Position numbers and translations under genes: made by a program. Source: Okamejei kenojei (taxonomy: Eukaryota). From it: a stretch of 64,000 nucleotides of DNA. The DNA is taken from contig CM069143.1 of the NCBI GenBank assembly GCA_035221665.1, positions 51,150,001 to 51,214,000 of the forward strand. The letters run 5' to 3'. Positions 49,438 through 62,512 of the stretch are shown in pieces (the stretch's first letter is position 1; the number at the start of each line of letters is the position of its first letter). The notes under the pieces are model-generated. The model had not been told where the DNA came from. It did no database searches and saw only the letters and a list, made by a program, of their open reading frames with translations.

Positions 49438-49577
49438 GGGGTGAAAGATTGCAACTTTCACGTGGTCCGCCCCGTTTCGACTAATGCAATCAACTCGACG
49501 TGCACAAACGGAAGATATAATAGAACAAGTTGTCCAACAACTTTAGGCTGTGCACGCCACACGAAAGAAGAAGAAGA
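49438..49577 (+). mobile_element. Vingi/Ingi-like 140-bp SINE with a 5' HDV-like ribozyme fold
   Basis: Perfect 11-bp TSD agatccaaaag at 49427-49437 and 49578-49588; (GAA)n tail; nt 1-54 fit the HDV nested-pseudoknot order. Confidence 0.82.
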
Positions 49578-51474
49578 AGATCCAAAAGATTCCTCACCTA
49601 GAAGGAAGCTGAACAGATAGTTTCAGCCAATGGAATGTACCCTGGAACATGTTTCGGGATCTTTGGTCTAATCGATGATACCCTCGAGTCTACACAAGAT
49701 TCTACTGCATGCTTCTGGCCCATAAATATAAAAATAATTATAATTTTGCAAAGGTGCCAGAGATTGTCAATTCTAAAGGTTTGTCTTCCTGTAACTTGAG
49801 GAGTGTGTTCCATGTGGGTGCCTGCAAAAATTTAGCTCTACCTCAATAGAAAGTGGTGGAGGTATTTCCAAAGCACATCCTGGCTTATAGATGACCACTT
49901 TGCTGTGAGGATACCGTTGCTTTCCCAATCACTCTTGTGGTTGTATATATACCATTACATCATTCCCTTTGGTTATGCAATGAGTGTCACATAATCTGTA
50001 TCAAGAAAGAGCCGACCCGAAACGTCGACTACATTCCCTCCACAGATGCTGCCTGACACTATGAGTTACTCCAGCAATTTGTATTTTGCTCAAGATTCCA
50101 GCATCTGCAGTTTCTTGTGTTGCACAATCCGTTTTTGTTTCCAATCCTTGTTTTCTGATTTGATTGTGTTTGCAGTAGCCCAGCTGGGCTGTTCCATACC
50201 TGCACTCCCATTGTCTCAGGTTTACCTGATTAGTTTCTTCAGCGACCTGTACACTGTGCCATGTGCTCTACCCTTTGCCAACTTACCATGACAATCATTC
50301 CAAGACTACGTAGTTTCCAGAATATTCATGACAAGGTTTCTTGAATTTTGCACATACTCCATGCCTTTTACACACATATGACCTCCAAGTTTTCCTTCCC
50401 ACAGTTGTAATGTTCATGTGATTTTACTGAAAAAAACCTATTTCACTCTGCATTTCTGCATGTTCATTTTTATGTCATAGGACCAGAATTAGGCCACTCA
50501 GCACATCGTGTATACTCCACCATTCAATCTTGGCAGATCTTTCCCTCTCAATCCCATTCTCCTGCCATCTCCCCATAACCCTTGCCGCCCTTACTAATCA
50601 AGAATCTGTTAATCTCCACATTAAAAATACCCAATGAAATGGGTAGTTGTTCTATTTGTTTTTTTCCTCTGATCTCTTGCTGGATGTACCAAGATTTGAA
50701 CTCTTTGAGAAAGCTGGGTTAAAATACCCTCTCAAAGTGTTTGCGTTGCCCTTGAAAGAGATCTTGTCTGTGGTTTGCAGCACTAATTATCCCATTGACG
50801 TCTTGTATGTGCCTATCCCACAAACTCGTAACAAGTTTGCATTATCAGTACATGTGGTCACATTTCTCTGTACCGTATCCTAATCTAGGGATTTCATATT
50901 ATATTATTTACCTTCGGAACATTTATATTTGTTCTGTGTACAGGACAAATATTTGAATTCAGTTGTATTCCTTAAGCCCGCTAACTTGGTCATCCAAATA
51001 GCAAACTATATTCTCTATTAACTTTGCTTCTCATTACTGCCCTACACCTCCCTCAGGCAGCAACTCTTCTTGCACATCTGCTCAATAAGGCAAATAACAA
51101 GGATAGCTTTAAGAATTGACCAAACTACAGTATATTGTTACAATCTCTGGCACAACAATGTTTTGGGAATATTTCTAAATATTTCTAAAAGTACACTGGC
51201 CCTCATATGCACATCTTCACAGTTATATTCTGGAGTTCTCATACCCAACACGGACGTCCAATTCAAGGCCCTGATCTAAGCTAGTCATGGAGTTCGGAGT
51301 ACTGTTACTCAGCAGGTAAGGGCTGGAAATTCAAGGTTGAATAAACAGATTGGGAGATAAGAGCCTGGCAGTCATGTAAATACTGAATCACGAGCTGCAA
51401 AAACAGATGAGGAGATGGGAGCAAGATCAGTGGAGTGGTTTATAGTGGTGTACAGTACAGGGTGTGTACTCTTA

Positions 51475-51764
51475 TGCCCCTATCCCACTTAGGAAACCTG
51501 AACGGAAACCTCTGGAGACTTTGCGCCCCCCCCCCCCCCCCCCCAAGGTTTCCTTGCGGTTCCCGGAGGTTTTTGTCAGTCTCCCTAATGGTCGAAAGTG
51601 GTTTCCGTTTTAAAAAACGGTAATTTTTTAGTCGAAGCCGGTTGCGATGCTAGTTGAAGGTGGTTGCCGGAGGACAAAAACCTCCGGGAACCGCACGGAA
51701 ACCTTGGGTGGGGCGCAAAGTCTCCAGAGGTTTCCGTTCAGGTTTCCTAAGTGGGACAGGGGCA
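51475..51764. mobile_element. PIF/Harbinger-type MITE with ~90-bp TIRs
   Basis: tgcccctatcccacttaggaaacctgaacggaaacc... / ...ggtttccgttcaggtttcctaagtgggacaggggca; TTA TSD at 51472-51474 and 51765-51767. Confidence 0.9.
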
Positions 51765-54700
51765 TTAGGATCCACATGGATCAAATTTCCAACAATAATC
51801 CAAAAAAGACCTTTGCACAGACATTGGTATCCCATGTAGCTCAACGGGGAAATTACATTAACAGTTCAAGGTTTACTCATACACAAAAGTTCCTGTTTTT
51901 CTTTTCCTGTCAAGATGTAAAACACCTCTCAATTAGCCCTTCTCATGCTTCAATTTGGGGGGAAAATGATTCAATTAGTTGCACAATGTTGAAGCCTTAT
52001 ACAATAGAATTTCTCATCAATATTTCCTCCATTGTGTGACGTGGGTACTACTTCATTGCATTTCTTGACGATCAGATCACGTCATTAGTTAAATACAATT
52101 GCTCATAAAACGAGAGACTACGAGAAAATGAGAGAAACGAGAAAATAATCATATTTAAAAAATATTTGATAAAGCAGTTTGTGCATTTAATAAATCCACA
52201 TTTGAACGATAGAAACATAATTTAAAAATATTTTAGGCGTTTGTGTGCTCAATGTTGCAGTTTCCCTTTGCATGTATTGGTGTGCTTGTAAGTGTTCACA
52301 AATTATATTTATTTGCTTAGTCAAGATTTAAAAATAAGAAAAAAGATTGCCAAAGATGCAGGCAGGATCATTTATGCACCTGAGCTCAGTGGGAAAAGCC
52401 ACTCAATTTCCTTGTGAAAGTGACTGTGTTTAATTCCAAGATAACCTTCTTTCATGCTTTGGGTGAAAATAACATTACAATCAGGTATTTTAATCTGAAC
52501 TTGTGATGGAGTCATATGGATTTAAAGCTGGGGTTAAGTGATTGCTTGAGTTTGGATGAGTATGGTTCCTGTGTACCGCTGAAGCAGTAATTTAGATTTC
52601 ATTCCCAGCAACAGCCTCTTTCTAATCTGTGGAGGATCATATTAATACATTGCTGGCTGGGAGATTCTTTCAATTTTTCAGAGCATGTGATGTCCATTTC
52701 TCTCACTTAAGTAATGTGTTATATGGCTGAGGCGATTTTATTGATTTTCCGTAAACTACAGAATACCCTTTAAAACAGCTGAATTATTTTTTCCCTGTGG
52801 TCCATGGAGGATATTGACTAAAATGATTCTCAAGTAAAAGATGATATTTCAATTAATAAATGAAATGTATTTATGAAGTCATTCAGATATCCAGCTACTT
52901 ATGATTTTAATTCACAGTGGTGGTAGGCTGGCTTAGTGTTAGTTTCCTCAGGTTCTGGGGAATACGACACACTGTCAGATGTACCATGCTGCCTGCCCAC
53001 AATCCCAGCTCAGAAACAGCAACAGCTGAAACTGCCTCTGTGCTGCCCCATCCAATATGTCCAGGTCAGGTATGACATGCCATAGGCGCTGAATAAAACC
53101 ACATTCATCTCCATCCCGTGCGTTTGCCATGTGCACTCTATAGTAATATTTTTTAATAAACATTGCAACTGCTTTGCTGAAGCAGAGCCTTGCTTGTTAG
53201 GGGAAGACATAAATAAATTGTGCACCCATGATGCTCAATCTACAAAAAATAATCGATGGAAAAATGGTATTTCCCAAATGAGTGATTTCTTAATTTACAT
53301 TCTGGTATTTGAAGCCAGTGTTAGGAGCATTTAACTTTTCTTCTAACTCTCCAGGATATTAGATTCACAAAGAAACTCAGAGCAGGTATTTGGAATATCA
53401 TTTGCCGTAAAGACATTAAGTAAACTATGGAGTAGTGTCTCTTTAAGAAAAAAAAGATAACCCCACAGAGGCAGTGTTGTATATTGTGACTTCTATGTAC
53501 CATATGTATATCTACAAAGTGAAGAGAAAACAGGCATAATAAAGTTAAAGATTTCTGGATCAGCCATGATCACATTGAATGGCGGTGCTGGCTCGAAGGG
53601 CCGAATGGCCTACTCCTGCTCCAATTGTCTATTGCCTATTGGATGATTTGGTCTATAATGAGTTAATCTGATCTCCTACTTTGAAGGTAGCGATGATTGC
53701 CAATCACAGCCAGTCACGGTGTTGCCACTCATCTGCTTATTAGAGCATCATGGTTTACATTAAGTTGGCAGCTCTCAGTAGAATAGTGTAATAATGCTGG
53801 ACTGAAATCAATAGTAGGTATTGAATCCTCTGAGGGACACAGAGATGCACAATATCCATTCCAACAGAGACAAAACAGCTGTTGTTCCTCCTAAAGTGGA
53901 ATTGACTATTGGTGAATGTGCTACTAACTAGCTCCACAGGATTTGGTCCATTTAGGTGTTGTTGTCAATACATTTGATATTATGTACATGGGAAGAGAAT
54001 GCCTCCAGGTCAGAGTAAACTATATTCATGTGTCTGTTGTTGGCAGAACTCCCTTGTGCACAATCCACTCAAGCAAAGAAAACTGGAGATACGAAGAAAA
54101 GTCAGTCACAGAGAAACATAAATCATACTAAAATATCAATCTCATTCAAGAACACTGGGGACAGAGAGTATCTGTAACAGCAGAACATCAGAAGAGAGTA
54201 CAATATTGGGTGGATATGAAAGGACATAACAACATTGGTGAGGCAGAAATATGCTATTCACTCAAATATATTTTCTCTAATTCCATACCTGACAAGGTCG
54301 CAATATATTAGAGGCAAACATATATCTTTGAAATAAATTATTTCTTTACAAAACTGACATTGACATTAATTAGATGAGCACAGTGACAATATCCTTGAGG
54401 TTATCCTAGGCAACAATTGACCAGACAACTTTCACTGCTGAAATGGTTTGTTTCTTGGCAGTTGTTGCTATTTTTGAGATCAGAATTATATATCTACCAA
54501 TGTGAAGTATTAATTTTAATTTGGGAGTCTTTCGCACAATTCATTGAGAAAGGTCTAGTTTGTGTGGTAAAGAATCATAAAGGCCTCAGGTAAAAGGCTA
54601 GTTTTTTGCTGAGTTAATTATGCTCAGCCAGGACAGCAGTTTAGGTACCACAACTGCCCTCGGCATTCTTGGATGAAAGGGAACATAAGCCAGGTTTTGC

Positions 54701-56118
54701 TGCTACTCATCCATGCTGGATGAATAGAATTGAACTTGTCTTTATTTAGTTAGTTAGTATCCTGGAAACTACATAGCATGACTGATGGTTCTGTCTACAG
54801 ATATTTCCACATAGTCACATAGGTTGTTTCTGTCCAGTGAAATCGGTACACTTAATTAGCCTGCAATAGAATTCAGTTATGTTGTGTAAATATTCTGTCT
54901 GTAATTAACCCTTCCACTGATCTCCCAACATAATCCAGTCCCAAACAATTCAAATTCATTCCCTGACATTGAAAATAAATAAATCAAATAAACATGAGGC
55001 AAGTGGGTGTTGAAAACCGAGCTTCCAGCTCGACAGAGAAGCAAATTACCCAGGAGCATGATGCCAGGGTCAAAGAACTCATCCATCCATCCATCCCAGA
55101 ATGAGATGATTTACTTTCCGTCACTTCACTACCTTCGCATGCAGCATAGTTTTATTCACAGTTGTAAATTAATTCACTCATCAAAGCGTTAAGCAAATAC
55201 TAAAATAATTGACTACACTATAAACTGAATGAATTATCATTCTACCATTCTATATTACCAAGAACCCTTTCAAGTACATACAATTACAACCTTGTCTAAG
55301 TTGAATTAAAGAATTGTAACACCACTTCTAATTCTCTTACATCTATGTCCAACATATTCTAACACCATTTTAATAAACTCATGCTTGACTGTGAAATACA
55401 CATTCGTTTTTTTCACTTGTTCCTGTTCTCTATAATCCAAGTGTGATATCGCTTAACTACCACATTTACAAATGTGAAGAAAGCAGAATTCTCATCTTGT
55501 CAGAGTAGTCTTTTGAAGTCGTTGTTAACCAGTTCTAAAATTGTCTGTACATTTTCTAACAGAAGCTGAGGCTGGAGGAGATTAAATTGAGGGAAAAAGT
55601 CAATGCACTATTTAATCGCAATTTTATATTAAAGAATTTGGGGAACCAGAGGACCAAACTCATGAGACAGATTTGGTGCATTACAGGATATTCTTTAAAC
55701 ATGTTGAAGTTTATGAAGTGCGAAGGGGTGGAAGGCACAGAAAAAGGAATCGAATAATCAAAATTAAAGTTGGATGACGGTATTAACAGATAGATTGACT
55801 GAGGTGGGAGGTGGGAGGTGGTCAGTGTTACAGAGATAGAAATAGAGGACTTTTGAAATGGAGACTAAGTACAAAGTTTAAGTTCAGAGAAAATGGGGGT
55901 TATTGTCTATTTATCTATCTGGGTAGTAACCTGGCAATGAAACTTGAGAAGATTGTCATTATTATCTGTTCTAACATTTGGAAGAAACATTGTAATAAAT
56001 TCTAAACCAATTTCAAAATACAGTTGTCAGTTGTTTTAATGACGGTTTAGCTGTATTCCATTTTGCCGGTGCTGTTCCTTTAGGCCATTCTATCGGTCAG
56101 CATAGCTGGGTAATAAAC

Positions 56119-57137
56119 ATATAACCATATAACCATATAACCATATAACAATTACAGCACGGAAACAGGCCCTCTCGGCCCTTCCAGTCCGTGCCGACCA
56201 TTTGTTTTCCCCTAGTCCCATCTACCTGCACTCAGACCATACCCCTCCATTCCCTTCACGTCCATATACCTATCCACTTTACTTTTAAATGTTAAAATCG
56301 ATCCTGCCTCCACCACTTCTGCTGGAAGCTCATTCCACACAGCCACCACCCTCTGAGTAAAGAAGTTCCCCCTCACGTTACCACAAAACTTCTGTCCCTT
56401 AATTCTCATGTCATGCCCTCTTGTTTGAATCTTCCCTACCCTCAATGGGAAAAAACGTATCCACGTCAACTCTGTCTATCCCTTTCATCATTTTAAAGAC
56501 CTCAATCAAGTCCCCCCTTAACCTTCTGCGCTCCAAAGAATAAAGACCTAACATGTTCAACCTTTCTCTGTAACATAGTTGCTGGAACCCTGGCAACATT
56601 CTAGTAAATCTCCTCTGTACTCTCTCTATTTTGTTGACATCCTTCCTATAACTAGGCGACCAAAATTGTACACCATACTCCAGAATTGGTCTTACCAATG
56701 CCTTGTACAATTTTAACATTACTTCCCTACTCCTATATTCAATGGTCTGATTTATAAAGGCCAGCACACCAAAGGCTTTCTTTACCACCCTATCTACATG
56801 CGATTCCACCTTCAGGGAACTATGCACAGTTATTCCTAGATCAGTCTGTTCCACAGCATTCGTCAATTCCCTACCATTTACCATGTACTTTCTATTTTGA
56901 TTTGTCCTGCCAAGATGTAGCACTTCACACTTAACAACATTAAACTCCATCTGCCATCTTTCAGCCCACTTTTCCAAATGGCCCAAATCTCTCTGTAGAC
57001 TTTGAAAATCTACTTCATTATCCACAACACCACCTATCTTTGTATCATCTGCATACTTACTTATCCAATTTTCCACCCCATCATCCAGATCATTGATGTA
57101 CATGACAAACAACAGTGGACCCAACACAGATCCCTGA
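56119..57137 (-). mobile_element. Young 5'-truncated CR1 LINE
   Basis: ORF 56411-57127 has LGPLLFVMYINDL and KYADDTKIGG; octamer (ATATGGTT)n tail. Confidence 0.95.
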
Positions 57138-57399
57138 ATAACCTAGCTTGCACAGGGTAGACTTATGGCATAGCTATTTTATTATTAGAGTTGACAGGAG
57201 ACATTTCAGACTATCACATCCAGGAGAATAAACTACAAACCTTCACTTCCACACTCTGCTGTTGGCCTCTCACCCCACCTCCCCCCCACCCATTATTACA
57301 CTTAAACAGGCTGAATGAAACTTGTTGTTTGAAGGTTCCTTGAAACCTGTTAGTTTCAACTACTTCAAGTGAAGTAAGTTTCAGACATACGGATTTGCT

Positions 57400-57900
57400 G
57401 TGAGACCCCCAGGACATGCAGAATGTCATATGTGCCACTCCTCTCCATTGCTTGACTACACTTTAGAGTCTGGTGATGGACCTTAATCATACTGGGATTC
57501 TCCTTTATTACACTGTGGAATCCGTCATTGATCCTGTACCACTGAGGGATGGTACATGATTGGCAACCCCATTGATTTGAATGAGGGTTCATAGATTTAT
57601 TGGATTAATTTGGATTAATCTTACTGTTAAATAGGCTTCAGACTGTGGCAGAATTTTGAGTTCTACTGTGTGCCTTGCCACCTGCAAAAGGCATGGATAT
57701 TCCAGGAAGATATACAACGTGGCATCAATTCACTGTTGGTGCCTTGCTACACCTCATGAATGCGTCTCAGGTCTGGGACAGTGGTGGAATTGCGGAGGGT
57801 GGGAGGTGGGGAGATGGTGTCAACTTGTCTATCTTCAGATAAAAGTAGTGATTCTAGTCTGCGTTGAATCTAGGTCAATCTGGTCCACTACTTCTCAAAA
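57400..57900 (-). mobile_element. Possible highly degraded RTE-clade LINE fragment
   Basis: Minus-strand remnants resembling EVVDQFTYLG (~57870-57894) and RCLRRILGISW (~57690-57726). Confidence 0.35.
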
Positions 57901-58111
57901 AATGGCACAATTTTAGCTTCAATTGAAGCATTTTTGAATTCTCCACCCAAACAAGGGAGAAGAATGGAGGGAAATGGAGATACCAGTGGATTGGTTGGCA
58001 AACTCGAGCTTAAGATTTTTTTCAGAGAGACAAACTGAATAATTTATTAGATCTGTCTGATTATTTTCTCAACTTGGTTGGTCTTGATCAGGTCTTGCAT
58101 AAGAAGTTAAT

Positions 58112-58985
58112 CACAAAAAGCTGGAGTAACTCAGCGGGACAGGCAACATCTCTGGAGAGACTGGTTGGGGATAAGGGAAACAAGAGATATAGGCGATGAT
58201 GTAGAGTGATAAAGAATGAAAGATATGCAAAAAAGTAACGATGATAAAGGAAACAGGCCATTTTTAGATGTTTGTTAGAGAAGCTAGTGCGACTTTGGTG
58301 GGGAAGGAATAGAGGGAGAGGGAATGCCGAGGCTACTTGAAGTTAGATAAATCAATATTCATATCACTGGGCTGTAAGCTGCCCAAGCGAAATATGCTTA
58401 GATGAGGTTGGAGGAGGTGCAAGTGAACCTCTGCCTAACCTGAAAGGACTGTCGGGGTTCCTGGACAGAGTCGTAGGAGGAGGTATAGGAACAAGTGTTG
58501 TATCTTCTGCAGTTCCAGGTGAAGGTACCTGGGGTTTAGGTGGGAAGGGATGATTTAACCAGGGAGTTGTGTTGGGAACGGTCTCTGTGGAAGGTGAATA
58601 GATGGTGGAGATGGGAAAATGTGACTAGTGATCCCGTTGAAGGTGGCGGAAATTTTGGAGGATTGTGTGTTGTATGTGACGGCTGATGGGGTAAAAGGTA
58701 AAGACTAGCGAGACTCTTTCTCTGTTGCGACTAGAGGGCAGGGGAGCAAGGGTGGAGCAGCGGGGTACTGAGGAGACAAGAGTGAGGGCCTCATCTATGA
58801 TGGGAGAGGGTATTCCTCGTTCCCTAAAGAATGAGGACATCTCGGATGTCCTGTTATGGAACATGTCATCTTGGGCGCAGATACAGCGTAGACAGGGGAA
58901 TTGGGAGTAGGGGATTGAGTCTTTGCAGGAAGCAGGGTGTGAAGAGTGTAGTCTAGATAGTTGTTAGAGTCGGTGGGTTTGTAAT
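58112..58985 (-). mobile_element. Degraded Penelope-like element fragment
   Basis: ORF 58625-58864 has FFRERGIP and SLVFTFYP; YKPTDSNNYLDY in 58795-59070; homologous to 44054-45364. Confidence 0.85.
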
Positions 58986-60235
58986 AGAATAAGAAGAGAC
59001 AGATTACAGAATTAAATATTACTGCACTAGATGTAATTATAAAATTAAAACTGATAATGCAAATATTCAATCATTGAATGTGTTATCAGAACTCATTACA
59101 TTTTGCACCTATTAAACCTGATATGAAAATGAGGCTGCAGTCTTGCTAGAAATAAATTCTACAAATTCAAAGGATTTACCCAGCCACGATAACTGATCCT
59201 CTTTCTACAAAGCTCTTCTAGTCTTTCTGTTTGCAAAAGTCTGATGTGTCATTGGCTGAAAGCAGGAATGGCCAGGGGAGTCATTGATCTGGTGTCATCC
59301 AGGGCCTCCAATAAAACACGTAATTCCAAAACCAGTCAATGAATACACATTGAATTTCCTTCTTGGAGACGCCCAATACTCCCAGAACTAGAAACCTTCA
59401 CCACAACTCAGTTTGTATGTAAGGCAGGCACACACAAAATGTCATTAATTAGATTATGATTAAGAAACACTGAAGCTGCTGAAAATCTGAAACAAAATCT
59501 GAGATGCTGAAAGTCGTTCTCCAGATTGTGCAGGCTCTTCTATTGGTTTCTAGACTCAATATTGAATTCACCAACTTTGGGTAACTCACTCTTTCTTTCT
59601 GGTCAGATCTGACCAGTTATGACTGTCATGAATCCATGGTTTCAACATAGTTTGCCCAGTATAGCCTGGCCCATTGTTCGTGTCTCAGAGGCCTAGTATT
59701 AGGAACATACAACACAGACAAAGAAACATAATCTGCTTCTGTCACATAAGCCAATTTAATCTCACCATGCCAGAGCTATTCCGTGTTCTATTCCTTTCTC
59801 ATGCTCTGTGCACAGTTTTGGTCCCACACACTATAGCAGCATTGGAGGCAGTCCAAAAGAAATTTACCAAGCTAAATATGTGCTCAACGGTTGAGGCAGC
59901 ATCTGTGGGGGAATGAACAGGCTACTTTTCAGTTCGGGACCCTCCTTCAGACTCCTGACCCAAAATGTTGCCCGTTCATTCCCTCTACAAATGCCAATTG
60001 ACCTACAGAGTTTCTCCAGCACTTTGTTTTTTTTGTGTGCGAAGGTTCAAGCATCTGCAGTTCCTTGTACCTTAATTCTTGGGATTAGTGGGTTGCCCTA
60101 TCAAGAGACATTAAACAGGTTGGGTCTGTTTTCTTTGGAGTTATTTAGAATGGTGGGCGATCTTATTGAAACATTTAAGATCCTGAGGAGATACAACAAA
60201 TAGATGCCACAATGCTTTCACTAGTGGGAGAATCT

Positions 60236-61100
60236 CATGGATCATGGAAAACTTTATTGTCATTCAGACCTTGCGGTCTGAACGAAATTTCGTTGCCTGC
60301 GGTCATACATATAGTAAACAACAAAACACACAATAAACACATATTTAACATCCACCACAGTGAGTTCATCAGACACCTCCTCACTGTGATGGAAGACAAA
60401 AATCTTGTCTTTGTCTCTTCCCTTCTTGTTCTTCCTCTTCCTCTGCGCTGAGGCGACCCGGGCCTCTGATGTTGTGACCGCACCGGATGATGTAAATAAG
60501 TCCCGCGGGTGAACCGCGCTCCGCGAGCGGGCCGGTTCAACTCCGCGGCCCGGGGCGTTCGAAGCTGCCGAAGCTGCCGCCCTCCAGTCCAGTCCAGCAG
60601 ATGCAGCTGTTGCCGCGGGCGCTCCGGAAAAACAGGTCACCAACCTGTGACCTGCGAGCTCCCGACGATGTCGTCCTCTGGGCCCGCGGCACGAACCTCC
60701 GAAGTCGCTGCCGCCGCCACCGCCACTGGAAAGCCGCCACAGCTCCGAGTCGGGCCGCCGGAACGCCTGAACCCGCCACAGCCCCGAAGTCGGCCAGCCC
60801 CGCGCTGGTAAGTCCTGGCTGGCTCTGCCTCCGGAGCCTTGAGGTCGGTTGCAGTTGGAGGCTGTCAGCTCCACCATTAGGCCTCAGCGCAGACGGAGTC
60901 GGAGACGGGGGATACGACAAGAAAAGTCGTGTGTCCCCCAAATGGAAGAGACTAAAAACGTTTCTCCCACCCCTCCCACACACATACACTACATAATAAC
61001 TCAAATTAACGCTAAAACAAGACAAAAGACACCAAAAAAAAAAGAAAAAACAGACAGACTGCAGGCGAGTCGCTGCCGCCAGGGCAGCGCCGCCACTTCC
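60236..61100 (-). mobile_element. GC/CpG-rich non-autonomous retroelement inserted in an old CR1
   Basis: 5' module resembles the 9417 and 41001 copies; 3' hairpin cattcagacc-ttgc-ggtctgaacg beside gacaataaag; CR1 remnants on both sides. Confidence 0.65.
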
Positions 61101-61990
61101 AGTCGAGCAAAGAGACATGGTTTCTGGATGTAGAGCCAGTCATTTTTCTGAGGAAAGCAGACATTTCTTCTCAGGGAGGTAGTCAATCTCAAGTGTTCCC
61201 TACTCCATTATAGAAACTCGCCCATTATAAGGATTTAACGTGGAGGTAGATGCGTTTTGGTTTGATTGGGGAATAGAAGGTTATGTGGAGGAAGAATTGA
61301 AACCTTGAGCAGATTATATTGAATGACTTGGCAATATTTAGGGGCCAGGTGCCCTACCCCTGTGTCAATTTTCTTGTGTTCTTGCATTCTCTGCAACTGA
61401 ATACTCTTTATTTCCTTTCCCAGGTCTACCGAAATGTGTTGCACCTGAAACATTGACTTTCTTTGTCCTTACACAGAAGCTGCCTAACGTGCTGAGTGTT
61501 TCTAGTGATACAGATACAGATACAGTTTAGAGATACAGAGACACAGTACAGAAACAGGCCTTTTTGTGCGCATTAATAGTGCAAGAACTGGTCTATTGTG
61601 TTTTGAGTGACATGGCCTTGGATGTTCAATGACATTTCAAAAATAGGTAAGTTCTTGATGGATTGGTAGTTGCCAAGGAAGACAGCTCATGGGTAGAATT
61701 TTCTGCAGAAAATACAGAAGATACTGTGAGTGGTTTTGAAAGATGAGTGACAGTAAATGAGAAGAGAGGAACATCTACAAATCAACCGAGATTGTGAACA
61801 GGAAAGGAAGGTGGGTAATGAGGAGTTTATTGGAAAAGATAACGGCAAAGGAGGTAAATACCATTGATTAGATACTCCCGGACTCTCTGTGGAGTGGTGG
61901 AGAGAGGTAAATTCATGGGCAATGGGACATCGGGAATGGTTTCAGGTAGGCAAACAATGAAAATGGGCAAAACTCATATTGGAGGCAACG

Positions 61991-62193
61991 AAGGTAGATA
62001 GAAATGCTGGAGAAACTCAGTGGGTGAGACAGCATCTATGGAGCGACGGAATAGGTGGTGTTTCGGGTCGAGACCCTTCTTCAGACTGCTGTGGGGGTGG
62101 GGGGGGGGGAGGGAGGAAGAAAGGAAGTGGTGGAGGCAGTGGGCTGTGGGAGAGCTGGGAATGGGAGGGGAAAGGGGGAGAAAGCAAGGACTA
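61991..62193 (-). mobile_element. Short PLE 3'-end insertion
   Basis: Reverse-complement homolog of 30630-30826, with ctgaagaagggtctcgacccgaaac on the minus strand. Confidence 0.82.
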
Positions 62194-62512
62194 CACTTAT
62201 AATTACAGATAATTATGGAAAAGGCAGTGAGGGATATATGAAGGTTGAGAATGATAAAGTAACCAATGGTTCAATGGTACTTTATTGTCACGTGTACCGA
62301 GGTACAGTGAAATTTGATTTGCCATACAGCCATACAATCTGGAATTAAATGTGTTTTTCAGCAAGATCCTTATATGATGGGCCATTATGACTTTTAGTAA
62401 GATTCTGTGTGATTAATAGTTGGGTGGGTTGTGTGTCCAGTTTGCCTGTTTGGAATCCTGATAACTCTGTAATCCTGATAACTTTAAGTGGAAACTCCCA
62501 GTGAAGCAAAAT

